DNA of 51,750 nt, filler included, from Squatina squatina (GCA_031763465.1; 3 parts of 3 records of this genome joined end to end with filler, not necessarily neighbours in it), one strand, 5' to 3'; shown: positions 37,270 to 48,639, counted from the whole stretch's first letter. Translations and numbers: made by a program. The notes: generated by a model not told the origin, from the letters alone.

Positions 37270-37579
37270 TTCCGACGCGGTAATCTTAAATGAGCCGAAT
37301 ATGTTGGGAGTGTTGGCGCTGCGGGTGGCGGACGCTGTCCCTTTAATCTGAAAGGTGTCCGCTCAAAGTCACGTTGACTGCATACCGAGTGGCAAAGTCA
37401 CGTTCCTGGAGATCCATCCCGTCCGTGTCACATCCTGACAGGGCTTTGGATTGACGGCTGGACGGCGATTGCAGACAGACTGCGGTGGGCGAGAACGGAG
37501 ACAGGCCGGCGGGCAGCGGATTAACCTCCCCTCCCTCCCCACGCTCGCTCGCGCCCGCCCTCCAGCATCTCAGAGGAGG
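37270..37579 (+). promoter_or_regulatory. CpG-rich promoter/5' UTR of the HCN-like gene
   Basis: Sharp rise in GC and CpG against the AT-rich background, directly upstream of the ATG at 37580. Confidence 0.65.
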
Positions 37580-37920
37580 ATGGGGAAGCAAGATGACAGG
37601 GGGAAGAATCAGAGCATCAGGATGAATGTTCTGCCAGGAGGGGGAGCAGCAGAAACCGGATCCAACCACAACAAAGTCGAAGAGTCTTGCAGCAGCAGCA
37701 GCAGGAGGGAAGCCGATCCGAGCAAGGACACCGCCAAATGTAATCCGAACGGAGATTACAGATCGCGCGGCAGCCTGCACTCACCCCCAGGTGCCCAGCA
37801 CTGCCGCCAGCCCGGCCAGCAGCCTCCCGCCATGGAAGGGAACCCCAAGCAGACCTACAGCATGGAGCAGAAAGCGGACGGCAGTGTGGTGTCGGGGAGG
37901 CAGAGGGGGGAGCCGGAGGA
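37580..37920 (+). CDS. First coding exon (partial, gap-truncated) of an HCN-family hyperpolarisation-activated cyclic-nucleotide-gated channel, HCN2/HCN4-like
   Basis: MGKQDDRGKNQSIRMNVLP...KDTAKCNPNGDYRSRGSLHSP resembles recalled HCN4 GRQDPSRRSIRLRPLP and GKSSTNGDCRRFRGSL, and HCN2 STAKGSPNGEC. Strong Kozak context (aggATGg), CpG island, frame open to the gap. The diagnostic QRQF...PGVNKFSLRMFGS region is not visible. Confidence 0.65.
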
Positions 37921-38020
37921 NNNNNNNNNNNNNNNNNNNNNNNNNNNNNNNNNNNNNNNNNNNNTTAATTAATTAANNNNNNNNNNNNNNNNNNNNNNNN
38001 NNNNNNNNNNNNNNNNNNNN
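37921..38020. other. Artificial assembly linker (44 N + TTAATTAATTAA + 44 N)
   Basis: 12-mer at 37965-37976, same geometry as 14360-14459. Confidence 0.95.
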
Positions 38021-38434
38021 GGCCAGAGCGGGTGGGGGTGGCAGCTTTCCTTTCCTGTAGGATGTTGGTGAATGAGTTGGGTTCTGACAACAAGCGGAGG
38101 CTCCCCTGGTTATTTTTCTGGTGCTCCCCCTCAAGCAAAATTGGAGTTCAAGTTCACATCTTAACCATGATGCACTTTGAACTCGCCGACCTCTGGGTTG
38201 GTCGTCCAGTATCGTAACCACTAGGCTACTGTACTTGAGTTGATGGCGGTGCTCAGTTGTCCCCTTCCAACAGTTGGCCGGGGCCGGGGGGGAATGTGGA
38301 AGGAGACATTTTGAGGAGATCTCCCACCCCCAGGTGTGACATCGTTAATTGTGGTGGGTGTGACCAAAATGGCCGCTCCCGCGGAAGCCGTGCCTGGACC
38401 TCTTGTCATTTTGGCTCTTTTTTCCGTCTTCCAG

Positions 38435-38594
38435 CTGGATGGCAGTGACTCCCGCTCCGGCAGCAACCTCTCGTTGGCCAAGGTCCGGCCCAGCAACGAC
38501 CTGAACACCAGTACCACGAGCCAAAGCTCAACGCACAGCAGGAGCCAACGCAGTTCGTCCACCTACCACCGGCAGCGCCGGCACAGCGACTTCA
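38435..38594 (+). CDS. MARK4: Internal exon of MAP/microtubule affinity-regulating kinase 4 (spacer region just after the UBA domain)
   Basis: Polypyrimidine acceptor tttttccgtcttccag and donor gtgagt; 160 nt, phase 0 to phase 1. Encodes LDGSDSRSGSNLSLAKVRPSNDLNTSTTSQSSTHSRSQRSSSTYHRQRRHSDF, whose STYHRQRRHSDF matches recalled MARK4. Confidence 0.9.
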
Positions 38595-39234
38595 GTGAGT
38601 AGATGGCGCGCCGGTGTCCGCGCCTGTCCCTCGAGGGNNNNNNNNNNNNNNNNNNNNNNNNNNNNNNNNNNNNNNNNNNNNNNNNNNNNNNNNNNNNNNN
38701 NNNNNNNNNNNNNNNNNNNNNNNNNNNNNNNNNNNNNTCAAATAGACACTGCTTGGTTTCATGGATGCTTCCTGTTAATTTTAGTTCTTATTGTGACAGA
38801 GCTGGCTGTCATTGTGAAGGTCAACTGAGTTCGCACATTCTAACAGGTTACAATTTTACAAGCAATACTCAACAAAGGAAACCTTCACAAACATGCTTTC
38901 AATGGTGCTACACGTAGCAACCAGAGCAATTCTTAGGTTGTAAACCAAAGCCTATTTATTGTGCCGGCCTTGTTATGCTGAGAGAACTTACTGTTGATAA
39001 TCTGGCCTTTGATTTTCTAGCCATTTAAGATCAAAGGAAATACAGGATTCGAGGGACAGTAGTGCTATAATTGCAATAGTGCTATATCGCCAAGCATTGT
39101 AATTACCCATTTTGAGTTAGAGCTTTACTCATGTTGCACTCACATGATAGATCATTGCCTTGGGTCAAGAGACTCAAGTCTCCCATTCTATGTATCTCAT
39201 TGCAAACAGGCTTCTTACCAGCGTGCCAGAGGTA

Positions 39235-39550
39235 AAGAAAGAAAAGAAATACTTGCATTTCTATAGCGCCTTTCACAACCTCCGGATGTCCCAAAGTGCT
39301 TTACAGCCAATGAAGTGCTTTTTGAAGTGTAGTCACTGTTGTAATGTGGGAAATGTGGCAGCCGATTTGCGCACAGCAAGCTCCCACAAACAGCAATGCG
39401 ATAATGACCAGATAATCTGTTTTCAGTTATGCTGATTAAGGGATAAATATTGGCCCCAGGACACCAGGGATAACTCCTCTGCTCTTCTTCGAAATAGTGC
39501 CCTGAGATCTTTTACATCCACCTGAGAGCAAATGGGGCCTCATCCAAAAG
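39235..39550 (-). mobile_element. SacSINE1-like Deu-SINE
   Basis: Well-preserved tail and Deu-domain, homologous to 32695-33100. Confidence 0.9.
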
Positions 39551-39871
39551 AAAGTTCAAAACGTACCAGCTTATAATTTTACGCTTTTACTCTTTATGGG
39601 CTTTTACTGAAATGTTTCTTAATTGAAAGTAAAATAGTTAATTGGCATCCCACCAGGATTCTGAAACGAAACAAAGTTCCATTCCTATTGATTTAAATGG
39701 AAAGTTGAGGATTTCCTAATGTGTGTGTAGTGTGTGCGTGTGTGATTTTTTTTGGGGGGCGAGGAAGGATTTTTAAAAAATGGACCATTGCAGAAACTCT
39801 TTGAAGGACGGTCGACGTGCAAGAGCAAAACATTACTTTGATTTTCGACAGAAACAGATGCAAAAACTGGA

Positions 39872-40057
39872 CCTCAAGAACTTGAGCACAAAAATGTCTC
39901 CCGAGCACAGGGAGGCTGCACTGCTGGAGGGCAATGCATCCCTGCTGGAACGAGTAACACAACCTTATTCTGCAATGTCAGCAACAGCCATTGTAAAGTG
40001 CATTGAGAGGTCCCGTGGTCGTGAAAGGCGCTTTATAAATGCAAGTCTTTCTTTCTT
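39872..40057 (+). mobile_element. SacSINE1-like SINE, internally deleted
   Basis: cttgagcacaaaaat...gctgcactgctggagg...gtcgtgaaaggcgctttataaatgcaagtctttctttctt. Confidence 0.75.
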
Positions 40058-40212
40058 GTATGTAAATGTAAAAACTTGGCATTTGCATGCCGAAAATCAA
40101 TAGTAACCGTCACATTTTTGTGGTTTTTGCAATAGACATTCTCTTAGATTCTGCGCCTGCACTCCGATAAGCTACTTGCCATTAAGAACACACCTTTTTC
40201 TGCCTAATATCA

Positions 40213-40484
40213 CATAGGATATACAGCACAGAAACAGGCCATTCGGCCCAACCAGTTCATGCCGGCGTTTATGCTCCACTCGAGCCTCCTCCCGTCTTTC
40301 CTCCTCTAAATCTATCAGCATAACCCTCTATTCCCGTCTCCCTCATATGCTTGTCTCGCCTCCCCTTAAATCCACCTAAACTATTTGTTTCAACCACTCA
40401 CCGTGGTAGCGAGTTCCACATTCTCACCACTCTCTGGGTAAAGAAGTTTCTTCTGAATTCCCTGTTGGATTTCTTGGTGACTAT
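40213..40484 (-). mobile_element. CR1 3' end
   Basis: gcacagaaacaggccattcggccc...gttccacattctcaccactctctgggtaaagaagtttctt, the reverse of RNFFTQRVVRMWN. Confidence 0.9.
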
Positions 40485-41455
40485 NNNNNNNNNNNNNNNN
40501 NNNNNNNNNNNNNNNNNNNNNNNNNNNNNNNNNNNNNNNNNNNNNNNNNNNNNNNNNNNNNNNNNNNNNNNNNNNNNNNNNNNNNNNNNNNNNNNNNNNN
40601 NNNNNNNNNNNNNNNNNNNNNNNNNNNNNNNNNNNNNNNNNNNNNNNNNNNNNNNNNNNNNNNNNNNNNNNNNNNNNNNNNNNNNNNNNNNNNNNNNNNN
40701 NNNNNNNNNNNNNNNNNNNNNNNNNNNNNNNNNNNNNNNNNNNNNNNNNNNNNNNNNNNNNNNNNNNNNNNNNNNNNNNNNNNNNNNNNNNNNNNNNNNN
40801 NNNNNNNNNNNNNNNNNNNNNNNNNNNNNNNNNNNNNNNNNNNNNNNNNNNNNNNNNNNNNNNNNNNNNNNNNNNNNNNNNNNNNNNNNNNNNNNNNNNN
40901 NNNNNNNNNNNNNNNNNNNNNNNNNNNNNNNNNNNNNNNNNNNNNNNNNNNNNNNNNNNNNNNNNNNNNNNNNNNNNNNNNNNNNNNNNNNNNNNNNNNN
41001 NNNNNNNNNNNNNNNNNNNNNNNNNNNNNNNNNNNNNNNNNNNNNNNNNNNNNNNNNNNNNNNNNNNNNNNNNNNNNNNNNNNNNNNNNNNNNNNNNNNN
41101 NNNNNNNNNNNNNNNNNNNNNNNNNNNNNNNNNNNNNNNNNNNNNNNNNNNNNNNNNNNNNNNNNNNNNNNNNNNNNNNNNNNNNNNNNNNNNNNNNNNN
41201 NNNNNNNNNNNNNNNNNNNNNNNNNNNNNNNNNNNNNNNNNNNNNNNNNNNNNNNNNNNNNNNNNNNNNNNNNNNNNNNNNNNNNNNNNNNNNNNNNNNN
41301 NNNNNNNNNNNNNNNNNNNNNNNNNNNNNNNNNNNNNNNNNNNNNNNNNNNNNNNNNNNNNNNNNNNNNNNNNNNNNNNNNNNNNNNNNNNNNNNNNNNN
41401 NNNNNNNNNNNNNNNNNNNNNNNNNNNNNNNNNNNNNNNNNNNNNNNNNNNNNNN

Positions 41456-42179
41456 CCTGTGCAACATAGGAACAGGAGATGGGGATTCAGCCCCTCGAGC
41501 CTGTTCTGCCATTCAATAAGATCAAGACTGATCTGCGATCTAACTCCATATCCCCGCCTTTGGTCCATATCCCTTAACACCTTTGGTTAACGGAAAATTA
41601 TCAATCTCAGATTTAAAATCTGGCATCAATTTCCATTTGCAAAAGAAAGTTCCGAACTTCTACCACACTTTGTGAGTAGAAGTGTTTCCTAATTTCACTC
41701 CTGAAAGGTTTGGCTCTAATTTTTAGACTCTGTCCCCTAGCCCTAGACTCCCCAACCAGCGGAAATAGTTTCTCTCTGTCAACCCTATCTGTTCCCCTGA
41801 ATAACTTGAAAACTTTGAATAGATCATCCCCGAATGTTTTATAGAAATATAGAAAATAGGAGCAGGAGTAGGTCATTCGACCCTTCGAGCCTGCACCGCC
41901 TTTCAATATGATCATGGCTGATCCTCTAACTCAGTGCCATGTTCTCGCTTTCTCCCCATATCCCTTGATGCCTTTAGTGTCAAGAAATATATCTATCTCC
42001 TTCTTGAATATATTTAATGATTTAACCCACATGGCATTCTGTGGTAGAGAAGGTTCACGACCCTCTGAGTGAAGAAATTTCTCCTTATCTCAGCTCTAAA
42101 TAGCATACCCCGTATTCAGAGACTGTGACCCCTGGTTCGAGACTCCCCAGCCAGGGGATATATCCTCACTGCATCTGGT
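41456..42179 (-). mobile_element. Two tandem CR1 3' ends (about 41465-41830 and 41840-42179)
   Basis: DRVDREKLFPLVGESRARGQSLKIRAKPFRSEIRKHFYSQSVVEV and IYPLAGESRTRGHSL, each with its own 3' hairpin and tail. Confidence 0.9.
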
Positions 42180-42409
42180 NNNNNNNNNNNNNNNNNNNNN
42201 NNNNNNNNNNNNNNNNNNNNNNNNNNNNNNNNNNNNNNNNNNNNNNNNNNNNNNNNNNNNNNNNNNNNNNNNNNNNNNNATATAGATTTTGTTTTTAATC
42301 TTACTATCTTCAATATAAAAACATTTTCAACACACTAATGCAGAATTAGACATTTAAGTTCCTTGTGACAAGTGAGGTAAAGGCTGAAATCTAATCTAGG
42401 AATTTGGAT

Positions 42410-42508
42410 CGTAGAATGGTTACAGCACAGAAGGAGGCCATTCAGCCCGTTGAGCCTGTGTCAGCTCTCTGCAAGAGCACTTCAGCTCGGCCCACTCCCC
42501 CGCCCTTT
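42410..42508 (-). mobile_element. CR1 3' tail
   Basis: tagaatggttacagcacagaaggaggccattcagcccgttgagcctgtg. Confidence 0.75.
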
Positions 42509-43536
42509 GATTCATGTTAGCTACTTATTTTAACTTGCAGAACCTATGACAAAAAATTAATAATCTAAAATGCTATTTTGATCTTTGATCTAGACTAACA
42601 CACATGCTCAACCCTGAAAGTAACTGGTACAATCAGAAAACTCAGTCACCAAGAATAGATTGCATGCATCTATTTTAGCACAGACTAAGTAATTATTTTC
42701 GGTACTTTTAGCAGTTGTCAGTTCTGTATTTCCACCTATATACCACAATGGTAACTGAACCAATACTAAAATATATTTTTTGTTTTAATCAAAAACATAG
42801 TTTGGTTAAATTAGCTGAAAATTCAACTGACTGATTTGCAAAAACGTATCTGTTGCTCTTGACAATTTTCATCAAATTAATTAAGTTCAACTTACTGTGA
42901 AACAAAATCTGATATCGTCTAAAAAAAATTTTTTAAGAAGAGTATTATGTGTGCAAGTTTGAAAAGGTGGCCATTTGTGTAGAGATATATGATTCACCTT
43001 CAGGCCCAATATTCATTATTCAACTGAAAGTTATATCCACATACACATGTAGATCCCCTAACTGAAAACCAATACATTTATCTATGCAAATCATGGCACC
43101 TTCAAGGAGACTTCAGCGCTTTGGCATGGAGACAACTTGCTCAGGAGACAATTCACCATTTCCCCACAAGCATGGAAAACAGTTGCTATGATTATATTTG
43201 AGCATTATACTATTACTACAAAAGTAAAATGTGTTTGTTTGAGCAGCCAGAGGGGAAGTTACAAATTAAGGCCATTCAAGTCTTTATGCATTTATGACTG
43301 CATGAATGCAGATCATTGCATTATCTGCTTAATGAAGGCATCAATTTATTTATTTTTTAGAAATTTCTATTTCCCACCCATCTGTAATATCTGAATAAGA
43401 TTGACAATTTGTGTTAGATTAGTGGCAGCTTTATGCTGGGGACTCCTGCCACAAGGACTTGGTGGAGATAACAAATTTATTTTACTTCACGCCCTTACCT
43501 CAGAGGATATTGATCACAATTGTCTTGAGGCATATT

Positions 43537-43750
43537 GGACCAAATTTAGCATTAGAATACTGGTGAGGCTATCAGTACTCACCGTTGCTAAATGTGAAAA
43601 TCGGGAATTTGCTGTCAGTGTTGCCGTACACCTCCACAAGCTTCGCTCTTACAATATCTCGCCCAGAGATTCGGCATTCACATACATGGAAGGACATGAG
43701 TTTGCGGTATGGGTTAAAACTTGTCCATTCTAGTATAAGTGAAATTTCAA
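43537..43750. mobile_element. Probable MITE with terminal hairpin
   Basis: Nested inverted repeats atttagca...ggtgag...ctcacc...tgctaaat near the left end, and aaattt motifs at both ends. Confidence 0.35.
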
Positions 43751-44032
43751 TGCCTTTATATGCATCAGATAATGGACACCTGGGAGTGAGTTGCATGCTG
43801 AAATGTAATTGGGCTCGGAGAACATCACAAACTGAACTGTATCAATGTGATAATACTGCCACCTTGGAATTGCTCTTAGTATTTTTTTTTAAAACTAAAT
43901 CATCTCATCTGAAATTATTCACTGGTTAGAGAGATGGGTTGAGGCTCAAGCGGCATTGCTGTGGAGTCTGCTTGTGATTGAGTGGAAAGAGTGAACTCTG
44001 CAGGTGCTGCACTCGCTTACCCTCCCCTTTTC

Positions 44033-44530
44033 TAGGAACAGGAGTAGGCCTTTTAGCCCCTTAAGCCAGTTCTGCCATTCAATGAGATGATGGCTGACCT
44101 GTGACCTAACTTGACCTGCCTTTGTCCCATAACCCTTAACAACTTCAGTTAACGAAAATCTGTCAATTTCAGATTTAAAATTAACTGCTGACCTAGCATC
44201 AACCGCTGTTTGCAAAAGAGAGTTCCAGACTTCTACCACCCTTTGCGTGTAGATTTGTTTCCTAATTTCACTCCTGAAACGCCTGGCTCTAATTTTTAGT
44301 CTATGCCCCCTAGTCCTAGAATCCTCAACCAGTAGAAATTGTTTCTCTCTATCTACACTATCTGTTCCCCTTATTATCCTGAAAACTTTGATCAGATCAC
44401 CCCTTAACTTTTCTAAATTCTGGGGAATAAAACACTAATTTGTGTAAACTCTCCCCGTAACTTAACCCTTGAAGTCCGGGTGTCATTCTGGTAAACTTAT
44501 GCTGCACTCCCTCCAGGCCAATATATCCAG
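44033..44530 (-). mobile_element. CR1 ORF2 C-terminus and 3' UTR
   Basis: VVEVWNSLLQTAVDARSAVNFKSEIDRF; same subfamily as 41465-41830. Confidence 0.9.
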
Positions 44531-44687
44531 GTGTAGAGCCCTGACATCTACGCCTATGCGCTTTCCAGAAAGGGGATCACTGAATGGTATTCAGGGTAAA
44601 ACACCACCCCCCTGACCCCCCACCAAAAAAAAATGGCGGATTTAAATTCCCTCCCCGCTGGTTCAAAGGCCTAGAGACCAGTTTTAG

Positions 44688-44775
44688 CACTGATCAGGTA
44701 TCGAGCCTGGGACCTTCCTAGTCTGTAATGCTAAGGTTTGCACCAAACAGTGCATTTACCCATTGAGCCATTAGA
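44688..44775 (-). mobile_element. tRNA-derived SINE head
   Basis: Minus strand tggctcaatgggtaa (A-box-like) ... ggaaggtcccaggctcgatacc (B-box-like). Confidence 0.55.
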
Positions 44776-45387
44776 GGTATTGTAGTTTCTGCCCAAATTA
44801 AAATAAACCTAAAAGTTGACCTTTGCGTGCACTGGCTGTAGCCTTGAGTTTTCTGGGTGGAAGTGTAGTGGGTGGGTCTTCCAACCATCCCACCACACTG
44901 GTGCTGACCCGTTCATAGACTCTTACATCAACTTAACTAATGTTTTGTGAGTGAGCTCAAAGCAAAGGAAATGCCTTACATTTGAGGGTGGAAGATAGCA
45001 CACTTGGCAGAATTTAATCACCTCTCCCTTCAGCATTGCTCTGACCTAATCCGACTACAAATGGGCCTGATTCCCAGCACTGCCGGTGAGAATTCTTGTG
45101 AGAACAGGAAATGGTACCCATGATGAACAGCAGCCAGAAGCACTTACATTAGCAGCAACAATCAGGTAGGAGCGATGCCGAGAAGAAAGGGAACAGGGGA
45201 AATAAGGAACCTGGATGTCGCTTTTATGGAGAGACCAAGAGAAGCGAGTGCTAGTCTCGGATCAGAGGCCTCCACAGAGAGGGTGCTGAGCGTCCTGTTC
45301 TGGAGAGCAACTCGAGAAAGGGAAGAGGCAGCTTCACGCTGTTAAGAGACCAGCCTTGCTGTCCAGTGGAGAGCGAGCTCGGCTTCG

Positions 45388-45495
45388 TAGAATCTTGCAG
45401 CGCACAAGGAGACCATTTGGCCCGTTGTGCCTGTGGCAGCTCTTTGGAAGAGCGGTCGTGGTTCACATCCCTCCCCGCTTTTTGCCCGTAGCCCT
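45388..45495 (-). mobile_element. CR1 3' tail
   Basis: tagaatcttgcagcgcacaaggagaccatttggcccgttgtgcctgtggcagctctttggaagagc. Confidence 0.65.
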
Positions 45496-45689
45496 ATGTC
45501 TTCGGCTGGGGGTCCAGACTCCACACAGCCCCGAATGGCGCGAGTCCAGTGACACAGCAAGTTAATTGCTGCTGCAGAGCAGAGCCTGGCACCTGACCAA
45601 CTCCTTTATCAGGGCCTTATCTCCCTGATTGAATTCTATCATCTAGTGGTCAGATAATGCCAAGTCCGGATTCTAAAAGCTTGTGGGTT

Positions 45690-45753
45690 GAAAGAAAGAC
45701 AGACTTGCATTTACATAGCTCCTTTCACGACCACCGGACGTCCCAAAGCGCTT
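45690..45753 (-). mobile_element. SacSINE1-like 3' end, truncated by gap
   Basis: gaaagacagacttgcatttacatagctcctttcacgaccaccggacgtcccaaagcgc. Confidence 0.85.
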
Positions 45754-45853
45754 NNNNNNNNNNNNNNNNNNNNNNNNNNNNNNNNNNNNNNNNNNNNNNN
45801 NNNNNNNNNNNNNNNNNNNNNNNNNNNNNNNNNNNNNNNNNNNNNNNNNNNNN

Positions 45854-46055
45854 TTACCTCAGAGAGCTGTGGAAGCTGAGTCATTGAATATATTCAAGGC
45901 TGAGATCGACAGATTTTTGAGCAACAGGGTTATGTGGAACTGGCAGGAAAGTGAAGTTGAGGCCAAAATCAGATCAGCCATGATCTGATTGAATGGTGGA
46001 GCAGGCTCGAGGGACCGAATGGGCTAATCCTGCTCCTATTTCTTATGTTTTAGGT
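45854..46055 (+). mobile_element. CR1 3' end
   Basis: LPQRAVEAESLNIFKAEIDRFL, then gaatggtggagcaggctcgaggg...cctgctcctatttcttatg. Confidence 0.9.
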
Positions 46056-46844
46056 TCTTAAACACACTGACACATGGAACAGCTGCATGACACAGATATT
46101 TAATCGCATGCTGGCATGGTTAAAATTCAAAGAGAGAAGGCATCGGTTAAAATTCCAAGAACAGAGAAGGTTTGGGATGTCATTCACCATTCACATAAAA
46201 TAAGTCAGCATCAGATGTTTCTCCAGTGACAAAGGCTATCGAGATTGAAGATGTAGTTGGAGGTTCTGCTCCTGGATAAGAGGGGAAAAAGGCACCAAAA
46301 TGAGCTGACTCAAATGACTCAGCAAGATGTCAAATAACATTTCAGAAAGAAGGAGTAAACTCTAATACTGCAATTGGTGAAGACGGGACACGATTTGGTT
46401 AGTCAGGACTCAGAGGAGCCTGACCAATGTGTGCGATTGTATGTATGCATTAATGATTATAGTGTAAAGCCATAGGTTTTGTTTTTGAGCTTAGTAAAGT
46501 GCAAGGAGTATTGATCAATTGCTAATATAGTTAGAGTTGGGTCAGATTTGATTTTGTCAGTGTAATCTTCAGTAAGTCTCGGGGTCTGAACTCTCTTTGT
46601 GGGAAGGCAAACTCCTACAGAATTTGGTGCCCAAACAGGAACACTGAGCAGAGAATACAATGACAAATCAAAAGATTAAAACTATGGATGAGTTAGTAAC
46701 TAAATATGTTATGGAAATGTTGCGGGTAATAGACACATGGGTACNNNNNNNNNNNNNNNNNNNNNNNNNNNNNNNNNNNNNNNNNNNNNNNNNNNNNNNN
46801 NNNNNNNNNNNNNNNNNNNNNNNNNNNNNNNNNNNNNNNNNNNN

Positions 46845-47040
46845 AGGCCGAGTCACTGAATATATTCAAGAAAGAGATAGATATATTTCTAGATACTAAA
46901 GGCATCAAGGGATATGGGGAGAAAGCAGGAATATGGTGTTGAGATAGAGGATCAGCCTTGATCATATTGAATGGTGGAGCAGGCTCGAAGGGCCAACTGG
47001 CCTACTCCTGCTCCTATTTTCTATGTTTCTATGTTTCTAT
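46845..47040 (+). mobile_element. CR1 3' end with (TTTCTATG)n tail
   Basis: SLNIFKKEIDIFLDTKGIKGYGEKAG, a terminal hairpin and an 8-bp tail repeat. Confidence 0.9.
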
Positions 47041-47759
47041 CACTCACAGGAGCATATGCTATCTATGGAGAATAGATGGCCGACGCTCATAGATTTCCTG
47101 TCTAGGAGGGATGTCAGTGTAGACGTGGGTCCTCACGGCCCCACTGATGTGCAGCAAGGTGCTCTCCAGCTACTTGCTAGCAGAGAAGTGCAGGTGGCTC
47201 ATGAGAGGATGACAGTGAGAGGGGAGAGGAAAATTTGGGCTCCTCTTAAACTGCTTACATTTCTCCCCCTTTCCTACCCCCTCAGTCAGAGCACCAGATG
47301 GCTCCTCAGATCGCGATGGCCGAGTCTGCCCCTGCACAGTCACAGGAGGAGCTGACTTTGGCGGGGCATCAAGTTCTCCAAAACCCGGAGGACTTCCACC
47401 AAGATAGTCGCAGCAGGGAAGTGAGCAGGCTACATCTACCTCTGCTGAAGCCACAGGTGGAGCACCTCGTAGAAGCACGTGGAAGAGAAAGATGACAGAC
47501 AGGCAGATTCACAAGGGTATCCACTTGGGTGTTTTAGTCAATGTTAATGGCTAGTTTCTGTTAACATATTGTCAACCATCAAAATCTTTATTTTCACCAC
47601 TTTCCTGTCTTGGGCACATTTGTGTGCACCTTTGGAAGTAGCTTAGTAAGTTGTAGTGGATGGTAAGACATAACAGTACCTCCACCAATGGTGAATGGAT
47701 TGGTCTATTTTCACAAAAATAGAAAATATTTATCAAGTATTGTAACTTTAAAGTTTTTG

Positions 47760-48145
47760 TTTTAATTCATTCATGGGATGTGGACATTGCTGGTAAGGCC
47801 AGCATTTATTGCCCATTCCTGATTGCCCTTGAGACCCTCCTTCTTGAACTGTTGCAGTCCGTGTGGTGAAGATGCTCCCATAGTGCTGTTACAGAGGGAG
47901 TTCCAGGATTTTCCCCAGCGACGATGAAGGAATGGTGCCAACCTGGGGAAGCTGCAACACAGGCCTACATGCATACTAAACAGTGGAAGGAGCATGCTAT
48001 AGACAGGGTTAAGCGATCCCACAATCAACGGATCAGATCAAAGCTCTGCAGTCCTGCCACATCCAGCCATGAGTCATGGTGGACAATTAAGCGGGAGGAG
48101 GAGGTTCCATGAATATCCCCATCCTCAATGATGGTGAAGCCCAGC
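47760..48145. mobile_element. HER1/CR1-type LINE pieces: minus-strand 3' end (about 47760-47930) joined to a plus-strand ORF2 piece (about 47930-48145)
   Basis: The tail is shared with the HE1-type SINEs. The plus piece reads WCQPGEAATQAYMHTKQWKEHAIDRVKRSHNQRIRSKLCSPATSSHESWWTIK. Confidence 0.75.
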
Positions 48146-48149
48146 ACTT

Positions 48150-48538
48150 TTTAAAAATTTATTCATTCACAGGATGTGGGCATCGTTGGCATTTATTGCC
48201 CATCCCTAATTGCCCTTGTGAAGGTGGTGGCGAGCTGCCTTCTTGAACCACTGAGTCTGTGTGGTTAAGATACTTCCAGTGCTGACTTTATTGTCAGTGT
48301 TTGGTTTTACTGAATGGCTTTCCAGGCAATTTCAGAGGGCAGTTAAGAGTCAACCACATTGCTATGGGGCTGGAGTCACATATAGGCCAGACCAGCAGAT
48401 TTCCTTGCCTGAAAGAGCATTAGTGAACCAGTTGGGTTTTTCCAACAGTCCAGTAGTTTCATAGATCACTACTGATACCAGCTTTTTAGTTCCAGATTTA
48501 TTTAATTAACTGAATTTAAATTCCCCAGCTGCCATGGT
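48150..48538 (-). mobile_element. HE1-type V-SINE
   Basis: LINE-derived tail plus V-domain ttcagagggcagttaagagtcaaccacattgctatggggctggagtcacatataggccagacc. Confidence 0.9.
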
Positions 48539-48639
48539 NNNNNNNNNNNNNNNNNNNNNNNNNNNNNNNNNNNNNNNNNNNNNNNNNNNNNNNNNNNNNN
48601 NNNNNNNNNNNNNNNNNNNNNNNNNNNNNNNNNNNNNNG

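Noticed and set aside
37343-37976. Alternative overlapping ORFs (37343-37780 minus, 37626-37976 plus)
   Set aside because: Shadow frames expected in GC-rich coding DNA, with no recognisable motifs.
38336-38434. Hydrophobic N-terminal extension (…PGPLVILALFSVFQ) resembling a signal peptide on the MARK4 ORF
   Set aside because: It is the translated polypyrimidine tract and acceptor of the intron.
40351-41580. Longest ORFs in the track (343-396 aa)
   Set aside because: They are almost entirely the 971-N gap (40485-41455) flanked by CR1 3' ends.
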